A DNA stretch of 61,388 bases, the filler included, from Porpidia crustulata (lineage: Eukaryota), in assembly GCA_964255105.1 (NCBI GenBank). It is 14 parts of 14 records of this genome, joined end to end, with 100 filler letters (N's around TTAATTAATTAA, not from the genome) between each part and the next. Parts side by side here need not be neighbours in the genome. Positions count along the whole stretch, not along the records: positions 1 to 4,333 come from CAXUWE010002098.1; positions 4,434 to 8,750 come from CAXUWE010002099.1; positions 8,851 to 13,159 come from CAXUWE010002100.1; 11 more parts are not named here. The stretch is one strand, 5' to 3'. Each line of letters opens with the position of its first letter. Position 1 is the first letter of the stretch. Under the pieces are notes generated by a model. That model was not told where the DNA came from. It made no database searches and worked only from the letters and a program-made list of their open reading frames with translations. This document shows positions 1 to 9,244 of the stretch, piece by piece. Made by a program: the position numbers and the translations under genes.

Positions 1-336
1 TGGGGTAGCTGCTACTGAAGCGGAAGCGGAGGCGATAGGTAGCGTCGAGGTAGAGGGGGTTGGAGTCGAGGACGCGAATGTCCATTTCCCATTCTTTGAG
101 GTCGTCGGCGGAAACGAGACTGATGCCTGGGGGGAGGGTTTGTTGGATCTGGCCGTAATATTAAAAGATTGGACTGGTTCGCAGGGAAGACAGCATGGGT
201 GTTTCTCGAGAGACGGAAGTTAAAGATACCTTCGTGAGCTCCTAGAAAGGGCGGTTAGTTGCGATGTTACCTTGTGATTTCTGGATGTGTACTACAGACT
301 CACCTTTCNNNNNNNNNNGCGCTTGGTCGCAAACAT
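1..336 (-). CDS. Ubiquitin-conjugating enzyme E2 (UBE2W-like), 5' part, truncated at the window start
   Basis: Manual splicing: ATG at 336, MFATKR-[N gap]-K / 12-nt exon 230-241 ELTK / IQQTLPPGISLVSADDLKEWEMDIRVLDSNPLYLDATYRLRFRFSSSYP. This matches an E2 N-terminus. Not in the ORF track. Confidence 0.85.
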
Positions 337-689
337 GGTGGTTGGTCGAGTTAGGGTTCAATGGGCTGGAGTTGGGTAGATGGAGGAGTTTCGATCGTTT
401 GTTGGAAGAGAAGAAAGTTATTGGGAGAGTTTCCGGGGTTCGAGCATTGCTGTGATGGGCGCAAGTACAGTCACTTGCGTTACAAGGCATGAGCAAGATG
501 GTTTGCTGATGGTCCGTGCACTTTACCCGCAAACAATCAACAGCCGCCTTTTGCCGCGGAGTAGATATCTAATTCGGTCATGCGGAGGCACTAAAAAAAG
601 CACTTCCTTCATGGAGCAGTCCTGGTGGAATACGAGTTATACAACAATAGCTTTCATTGGAGAGCGTTTGTATAATATGTACTCCCCTC

Positions 690-2993
690 TCAAGCCTTCC
701 CAAAATCCCCCTTTTCTATCGCTGCATTCATCATCTGATTCCCATTCACCAAACCAGTTGTACAGATCAGAATCCTCCTTTTCCCCTCCTCCAGCTTTGC
801 CAAGAACCTCAAGGCCGCAATCTCGGTGAACGTGATACCGCCAAGGAACATGACTATGACCGTCTTCATCGCTCCAGTACCCGCAAGCATATGCCGTGCT
901 TTGGCAGCCTGCTCGTCTCCTTTCTGTATCTTATTGAAGGTCTCGCCTTTGACGCTCTTGAGCGCGTCTTCGAAGCCTTGCCATCCATGGCCGGCAGTGC
1001 CCACGCCATTGGTTGCTGCGGCACCTTTGGTGATGGAGAGAAGGTATTGCTTTTGGAGAACGCACTGTACTAAGCGGACGCTGAGGGGGGCGTATCCACT
1101 GTAGACATATGAAATATCATTCGGGTCTTGTTCGTCGACTTCTTCCACGATGAGTCGAAGTAATTTGCGTAGATAAGCATAGTTGGTCCTTCCGCCATCA
1201 ACAGCAGCGCCAAGAGGGTTGGGAATATACAGGACGTTCGCGGAAGCACGTGTTTGCAGAAGCTGCATCTTTTCCAGGGCATCGAGCGTGAGAAGGTGCT
1301 GGTAACCATACGCGTGAAGGATTTGACGCTTGAAGTTGTCGAGGTCTTTCGGTCGGAGGCCTCCGGCGAGACAAGATTCGAGGCAAAGGAGGCGGAGCAT
1401 GAGCCTTAGTGGAGTGTCTTGCGCAATTAGCTCTTCGATTGTATCATGCTCAGAAGATGGATCGGAGCCAGAATTGAGGTTCTGCTGGACGTCGAGAGTC
1501 CGTCTAAACGTGGTAGATCCAGTATATTTCATAATATCCTCGGCTAGGCCAGTATGGATCTTCAGGCTTTGCTGCTCCGACTGATACCCGGGCAGCTTAT
1601 TCACGAACTCACGGAGCTCCGTTGTGCTTTTCGCGCCGTGTCGGCTTTCATATTCAGTTTGCAAGCGTCTGGCGAACTTATTGAGCATACCGCCCACGAT
1701 CCCAAAATTTTCATTCCGAATTTGATCATACAGTTTGTCGGAAGAATCGAGTTGAATTTTACGCTTAAGGCCTTGCTGTATTGGGGCCTTCCCAGATTGT
1801 GGGGCGACAGGCGCAGTTCCAACGATGGAGGATTCAAGTTCGGCCTGGTTATCGCTGATGCCATATAATTCGTCTATCAGCCCCTCGTACGTGAGTTGTG
1901 TGAGAAGTGGGGTGGCAAAGTCGACTTCTCGATCGATAATGATAAGGCTCTCGATAGATGCACTCGGCATCATTCCAAATCTAGATGAGGTGGCATTTTC
2001 CTCTGCGGAAGCTTCTGACCGCATTCGGAAAAGAAGCTCCATGAGGTGCTTAGCATTATCACCTTTGCCTATGATTCGAGGAAAGAGGCCATATTTTTGT
2101 TGCAAGGGCCAAAGGGCCTGTGCAGCAAGGAATATAGCCGTAGGGTCTTTCCGCTACAGAACGTTAACAGTGTCATTCTTATATGTATCGGTGGATACAC
2201 TGACAAGGTACAGATCGCCAAAAGAATCATCAAGCGCTAAAGAGAGTACGTCCTGTTCGAGTGGTATGAAATGTAGCGGGAACTCCTCGACGCTAATATC
2301 TCCGAGGACTCCAGCTTCCTCCAGTATCTTATTGCAGACCAAGGTACGCCTTGGTACCCAGATCACAGAAAACTCATGCTCGATGGAACTATTTTTCTGT
2401 AGCCGCTTGATCTGTTCTGTTCGTGGATATGTTAGCATGTAATGATGGCGACATGCCTATGGTACGCAAGGAGTACACTATAGATCATGCTAGATTGAAA
2501 GTAATCTAGGGATCAAGACTGATCAAGTAGAGTAGGAATTGATCTACGTAATCTACTTTTTGTCCCGCTGCCAAGTAATGAGCAGATTTGGGATAGGAAT
2601 TGAAAAGCATGCACCGAGAGTAAAAGCGATTTTAGAACCCCAGTTACATACACATACTTACCAGCGATAGCTATACACTGGCTTGCCTTCTCCCCACGAG
2701 CAAGAAAGATTACGCTCTTTTGAGACGCATCGACATTGTCATTTTCCAAGAAGAAGACTTTGTCAACTCCATAATCTTGAAGTGTTGAAAATTTGACAAA
2801 TACTCCTATCGGACCTGCAAGTGCTTTCTCAATGACTAAATTCTTCCTTCCACGGACCTGAGGGAGTTTAGCGTCTGAAACCTTGTGCTTGGTTGTGTTG
2901 ATGAGCCTTACATACGCCTTCTAGCAAGTTCAGTAAATCCTTGCGGGCCTTATCCCGGATGGCGTCTGTGTCGACTCCTGGATGGGGCGCCAT
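690..2993 (-). CDS. VPS33: Vacuolar protein sorting 33 (Sec1/Munc18 family, HOPS/CORVET subunit), multi-exon
   Basis: DKARKDLLNLLEG N-terminus, IWVPRRTLVC, IIIDREVDFATPLLTQLTYEGLIDE, YSGYAPLSVRLVQ and FLGGITFTEIAALRF motifs; GT-AG introns between the ORF pieces. Confidence 0.96.
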
Positions 2994-3168
2994 TTCAGCG
3001 CAATGTACATTGGACTTGATGGTTGGTCGAACTGATGTCGATAGGGCTGTCACCTACAAAGTCTGGGGGCGGGAGCGCTAGACGGCAGCCTTACGGAGAG
3101 CCGCAGTGACGCAGCGCGCTGGCAATATTGAATGACTCAAGAAATCCGCCAATTTATTAATTTTTTGT

Positions 3169-4333
3169 ATGAGGTGCCAGCACAGCACGATTGTACGGCT
3201 TACGCCTTTGATATCTACGAAAACCAGACGACCAATCTATCCCCATCTGTGGAGCACACTCTGCCGCTCCATTGCTACCCAAGCGCATGATATCCTAGAA
3301 GACGCAGACATGGGGAAAGAAAAAATCCAATTTCAGCTCAAGACTCCCAAGGGGACGAAAGATTGTACCTCTTACAGCCAATATCTTATAGTAAAGGCGC
3401 GTGGCTGATGTCTCTAAGGGGAGGGGAAGGATATGGTTGTACGAGACCGTATTTTCAACACCATAACCACTGTCTTTAAACGTCATGGCGCAGTCACCAT
3501 AGACACGCACGTCTCTGTCTTCGTTCGTGTTCCTATTAATAGCTGATGGTAATACTTAGTCCTGTGTTCGAGCTGAAGGAAATCCTCTCTGGCAAATATG
3601 GCGAAGATAGCAAACTCATCTACGATCTTTCCGATCAGGGCGGTGAGCTCTGCTCCTTGCGCTACGACCTCACTGTACCCTTTGCTCGATGGCTCGCTAT
3701 GAACCCCTCAATACAGAACATAAAGCGCTACCACATTGCAAAAGTATACCGAAGAGATCAGCCGGCAATGACGAAAGGGAGGATGAGGGAGTTTTACCAA
3801 TGCGACTTTGATATTGCAGGGAATTACGACACTATGCTTCCGGACGCTGAGATCTTAAGAATTATATGTGAGGTTTTTGGTGGACTGGATTGGGATGGTA
3901 GATTTCTGATAGAGATAAATCATAGAGGAGTGCTAGATGGAATATTCGAAGTTTGCGGTGTCCCAAAAGAGAAAATAAGAACAATCAGTAGCGCAGTCGA
4001 CAAATTAGATAAATTGCCCTGGGAAGAAGTACGAAAAGAGATGACTGAAGAAAAAGGTCTTGACGGTGAGATCGCGGATCGAATATGGACCTTTGTGCAA
4101 AAAAAGGGAGGCAGGGACGTCCTCGACGCCTTGCGAAAAGAAGAAACCGTCACCGCCAACCCATCAATGACCAAAGCCATGGACGAAATGGACCTCCTCT
4201 TCATCTACCTCGAAGCCTTCAACATTCTCGATAAAGTCGAACTCAACCTCTCCCTCGCCCGCGGCCTCGATTACTACACCGGTGTCATCTTCGAAGTCGT
4301 CACCGACGGCTCCGCTCCCCCCTCATCCACGTC
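3169..4333 (+). CDS. HTS1: Histidyl-tRNA synthetase, 5' part (3'-truncated); in-frame ATGs at 3169 and 3310
   Basis: [60 protein letters not shown] and [10 protein letters not shown] class II motifs; two introns. Confidence 0.97.
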
Positions 4334-4433
4334 NNNNNNNNNNNNNNNNNNNNNNNNNNNNNNNNNNNNNNNNNNNNTTAATTAATTAANNNNNNNNNNN
4401 NNNNNNNNNNNNNNNNNNNNNNNNNNNNNNNNN
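4334..4433. other. Artificial contig-joining linker (N44-TTAATTAATTAA-N44, stops in all six frames); first of 13
   Basis: Identical 100-nt linker at 4334, 8751, 13160, 17568, 21973, 26372, 30759, 35142, 39522, 43901, 48275, 52648 and 57021. Contig lengths decrease or tie throughout: 4333, 4317, 4309, 4308, 4305, 4299, 4287, 4283, 4280, 4279, 4274, 4273, 4273, 4268. Confidence 0.99.
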
Positions 4434-4859
4434 GAGTGTCGGCGATTATGGCGGTGTGGGGGGGGTGGCGAGAGGCGATTGCGGTTAGGTTTTCGGAGCT
4501 GGATGGCTCGTGTGTCAGCGTGATCTTGAAGTCTAGGAGGAGGTAATTTGGATTGAACGAAGAGGTACTGACCGGTCCGAGGCCACGATGAAAACTTTGG
4601 GGTTCACAGCTAGGTATTTGCCATTGCCGCAGCCGACATCGAGGCCGACTGAGCCATCGGGTATGTCTTTTAGGAAGCGCTCAACGATTGGCCATGGCTG
4701 CCTCGAGTATTAATGTCCGTTTGTGCATAGTAGTCGTAAAGTGCAAGAATACACCTTGTATCGAGTTGAAGAGAAATGCGCTGCTATTTGATCGTACACT
4801 TGATGCACGTGGGTATCTTCGTATAGCTCGCTGTCATTCTGCGATTTGGCTGGGTCCAT
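4434..4859 (-). CDS. TRM9: tRNA (carboxymethyluridine-34) methyltransferase, 5' part
   Basis: Spliced translation MDPAKSQNDSELYEDTHVHQVYDQIAAHFSSTRYK/PWPIVERFLKDIPDGSVGLDVGCGNGKYL, with SAM motif I and the Trm9/ALKBH8 signature HFSSTRYKPWP. Not in the ORF track. Confidence 0.93.
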
Positions 4860-5579
4860 GTAATGGTGCGAGGGTTGAGTATCTATGCACTATCTTCAGC
4901 GGCACCTTTGCAGTGGAGTTCGCAGAGTCATGGTGCGAAGAGTAGCGAAGATAAAGACACTGAGACCACTCATGAAGAGGAGGAGATGTTTTGTTACTCG
5001 ATGTTCATGTTCTTAAGTTGTTGGTTGATGGAAAGAAATCCTTAGCGTCCCTTGGCGACGGCAGATCGCATCTGGACATCTTTAGATCCGAGCTCGCTGT
5101 TTTTTCCTCCTTCCATACTTCAAAGCCCATATATCTGTCATTCTGTCAAACGCCTGACTTGCGCGCTATCCCGCAGTTTCAAACATTGTCTATTCTGTTG
5201 GCACTTCATCGCAGTCATCTCCCCACCTTCAAAGAATCCCGCTGTGAATCTCGATTGTATTAGGAGTAATGTCTACAGCACTCGAATCTCAACAGAATTT
5301 CAATCCCTCTCTGCAGAGGTTTCTATACATGTTACTCTACAGCACAGATTCCTTTTCATGTGCCTATGATCACTCATCATGATTGCCTGACGGCATTAAT
5401 GTACATTACTGTGTTGGTGTAGAAAGTTGTTATCGTATACACCTTTCTTCTCTGCTATAAGCTATTTTGGGATTTGTCATTGTGCTGGTGCAAGACAACG
5501 AGGCTCTATCGGGGCATTGGTTCAACAAAGAGCTCCAAATTATCGGTGCCACCTAAATCTATTCCCTTATCTTGAAACA

Positions 5580-7154
5580 ATGGCTGCGAAGCCTAGACGT
5601 CCTTCGAGGATGGGATTTGAGAGCCAAGGAAAATGGTCTCAGGATTATACTCCTATGATAGCTTCCCCTGCCGAAACACTTCTGCAAGAAGTCCTCACAA
5701 ATCCAATTGCGTTTGTTCCTGCTACGATTCTTACATTTGAAGACGAAGCAAACATGGCTCCGGTGCTGAGACCTAGGAAGCATTTGAATGAGACTGAAGC
5801 GCAGCAAAGAAATCGAATGAATGTAAGACGACCCCATATTCAAAACGCGTCACGATAGTAACACCATTCTCCAGGTCCGGAACATTTCATCACGCTGGGG
5901 AAGCCAGCAACACGGTCCACACCCATCTCGAGGTTTTGTCAATACAGAGGGCGATCAATGCTACCTCAACAGTATTCTAGTGGCTATGCTTCACGTCCCC
6001 CGATTTGTAAACTGGGTGGATGGACATCAGAATTGTAAAGTTAAGAATTGTGTTGCCTGCGCTCTCCGAATATTGTCCCAGCTGTACTGGAATGCAGCAA
6101 GTATGACTTCTTTGATCAACAAAGCGGTTGCACGAGTACTGCTTATGATAAGACGAAGTGAGATTTTCTCTATCGAATCTTATGTGCCATAAAAGCTTGG
6201 GCTGATAACTTACTGTAGCGGGATGGCATCGTTGGGGACAGCAAGACGCCACAGAAGTTTACGAGCATGTCATAAATGATATGAGTCGGCAACTTCCTAA
6301 GTCAGTGAACGTTCCTTCGTTTTTCTGTTCGTGCTTCTGACATGAACTTTAGTGACCGCGCCATTCTCGAGGCTCTCTTCAAAACGACGATATCAGAAAC
6401 CTTGATCTGCCCAAAGTGTGGCGATCGCTCTACAAGGAACGATATCAAGTACAGAATCCAAATCCCTATCACAGGACCTGACTCTCTGCTCAATTTGATT
6501 CAAGGCGAAGGAGTTTTCGGCACCGCCACTATTCATCAGAGGCGCTGTGATACTTGCAACACTGAAGCACAACGTACAGAGCAATCTAGACAGATACTGA
6601 CAGCGCCAGAGATTATGGTCTTGCAGATATTTCGCTTCGGTGCTGAGAGAGTTGGCAAGCATGGATACAGGGACTTTATTCGTAGAGACGACATAGCTTT
6701 TACCGAGCACCTTGAACTTACACAACTAGTCGAAGGACGAGTCACCTTGAAGTATCGTGTCCTAGCTGTAGTACAGAACAAAGGCGCGACGATACACACC
6801 GGCCATTATATAACAGTAGTCCGGGGACCCAGAGGGGATTGGACAGAAATCGACAACCAGCATGCTATAACAAAAGTAAACCCGAGGCTTGGCAGCGAAC
6901 TTATCTCCTTCAGACACGCTTCACGAGAGGGAGACAAGTCGAGGCCGCAAGATAAGTTCTTGCCATACCTGATCTTTTACCAAAGAGTAGGAGGCGAGGT
7001 AGCCGACGCCCCCATCAGAACAAATGACGAAGGATTCTGGGATGACCGAGAGAAAGACCTTGCAGCAACAAGAAGGAAGAGGGTGCGAATTTCCACTGCT
7101 AGGGTTTCTAAGAAACTCGCCCCGGTCCGTTATGCTCGCAAAGATCGACACTAG
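5580..7154 (+). CDS. Divergent ubiquitin-specific protease (peptidase C19), 4 exons
   Basis: Cys box GFVNTEGDQCYLNSILVAML, QQDATE motif, CPKC...CDTC Zn ribbon, APEIMVLQIFRF, His box GATIHTGHYITVV...WTEIDN and PYLIFYQR. Three GT-AG introns start near 5823, 6158 and 6301. Confidence 0.85.
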
Positions 7155-8704
7155 GGTTGTCCAGAAGTTTGATTCTTTTTGTACAGGGAGGCTAATCGCC
7201 AGGCCCATGGCTTTGGTCTTGACGTTTATATGTAATAAGGCTACACTGTCGAAGAGTCACCAGTCTTTATGTTCAATTACACTGCACCAAAGTCGATTCT
7301 TCGTTCTTTTATAATGTTTGAAATCATGAGCTTCGGTATAGAACTCAGAGACTCATAGTTACAGTGCAGTCTAATTACTCATATTCATGACCGGCAAACC
7401 CGGATGATTCTATAATTGACACGAGTCAGATTTGTAACACCAGCTCTTATAATCTCTATACAATTTCTTACTACTCTAGAGCCCATGCTTCGGAGCGAGC
7501 CAGGTTACTTTGTAGACGAAACAGGAAAGTCGTTGTGCCAACGCAGATTCGTGTGTTGCAGCATGAACAACGTTATTAATGAAAAGATTATCCTCCATCC
7601 GCTTCTATAATGTACTAATCTACTTGTGAGAGATGAAGGTGCCAGTATACAATAGTCATCACTGTTCTCGACTCTCACTACGTTCTATGTTGGCAAACAC
7701 ATCTACACGGAAGTTTTTTCCCATGGAAATTTTCGAACCCTGAGGCTAATCATCGGGCAGATCACAGAGCAGCCCAAGTTCTCTGAACATTGTTGTCTCT
7801 GGAAACGATACTGGATCAAAAATTCACGGGATCTTTTGATCCAGGATTTGTGCGAGATGTATGGGTGGGAGTGTACGAAACGCGGAACTTATTGAAAAAG
7901 CTAGACAAGAGGATTATGGAGTCGCGAAACCAAAAGTGGTCGTTGTAATGGGTTGCAACGATGAGTACGGTTGCAGATGGCGTTATTTGACGGTATTGTC
8001 TGGCTACTCGTTTCGTCTCGACTTTGGATCCCTCTAAGCTCTTCATAGACTACATTAGATATACAGCGAAGTCAAAATTAAAGACTTCGACAAAAAGAAG
8101 TATCAAACGTTATGATACTCTTGGCTGTAGACGTCAGAATGAGTCTTCTTTACGCGCGGTGAAATGTGAAGTTAAATCGGGTTTATTTATTCCTTCATTT
8201 TGTGGCGTAGTCGTCTGCGATCTGCGCTTCACAACTTTCTACTTCAAAGTAATCATCAATCAATTCTGCACGATCGACTGAATTATGATGAGACTTGAGA
8301 AATAATTTCAGTCTCTTCAATCATCTACATTACCACAACACCACTGTAACATGGCACAACACCTCCAGCTCCATCCCGAATAAGGCAACCCTTGCGATTC
8401 CACAGCCAGCCAAAGAGGAAATTCTCCAGGAGCCAGTTTACCAAGGATATCGGGCTTTGACATTCATGTCAGCATGTCGCGACCTAGGCAAGTTCACGCT
8501 GGCTTTGTCGCTCTGTCTAGGAAAGCCGTTTTTAAACCTCCATGCCGTATCACAAAACCAGGCTACAGAAGTCATTGATATTAGTCGAGCAAGTGCAGCA
8601 TTTCATTGTGAGGAATTCATGGCAGCTGCAGGGGCTAGAATTGGAGATATGGGAAGCACAAGGTAATTGACAACAAAAGGCCTTTTCAGTTCGTTGGTAT
8701 CTAA

Positions 8705-8740
8705 TCGTGGGCACCTACTACTGGAGGTAGGTGCCCACGA
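8705..8740. repeat. Perfect 14-bp inverted repeat with an 8-nt loop
   Basis: TCGTGGGCACCTAC-tactggag-GTAGGTGCCCACGA, 10 nt from the contig end. Confidence 0.9.
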
Positions 8741-8850
8741 ATATTCTGCGNNNNNNNNNNNNNNNNNNNNNNNNNNNNNNNNNNNNNNNNNNNNTTAATT
8801 AATTAANNNNNNNNNNNNNNNNNNNNNNNNNNNNNNNNNNNNNNNNNNNN

Positions 8851-8924
8851 ATTAGATAGCACCGTGCTTCATAGCCCTAGGCTGCATAAGCACGTAAAAA
8901 TGAAGTAATAAAAATAAAAAAAAA
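8851..8924 (+). mobile_element. Possible 3' end of a non-LTR retroelement (stem-loop plus A-rich tail)
   Basis: CGTGCTT(8863-69)...AGCC-cta-GGCT...AAGCACG(8888-94) followed by TAAAAATGAAGTAATAAAAATAAAAAAAAA, at a contig start. Confidence 0.3.
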
Positions 8925-9244
8925 TTAGAGCTCGGTTTAGTGCCACTGACATCTCCGACTGCCACCATCAGCATCTTGGCCCATAGCTCTCTGAGGTAGC
9001 AACTGAGGTGGAGGCTTTTGTGGTAGTGCATTCGAAAATTGCAATAGTACCTATTTCCTTATCCCAAAATTGGTTGTATTTCTTCCGGGCATCTCAGGAA
9101 TTGGAAACCTTGGTGTCTAGGTCCTTGTCCCATCTGGTGCTGGATAGTTGGCCCCTGACCCACGAGGATATTGGGAAAGAGAAGCTGATTGTGTAGTACT
9201 GAATAATGTTTTTTGACGGAATGTTGTCATTACTTTCACTAGAT

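Noticed and set aside
7300..8700. ORFs 7816-8046, 8024-8281 and 8295-8666 in an AT-rich stretch
   Set aside because: No recognisable motifs or coherent splice model; may be decayed sequence but cannot be assigned.
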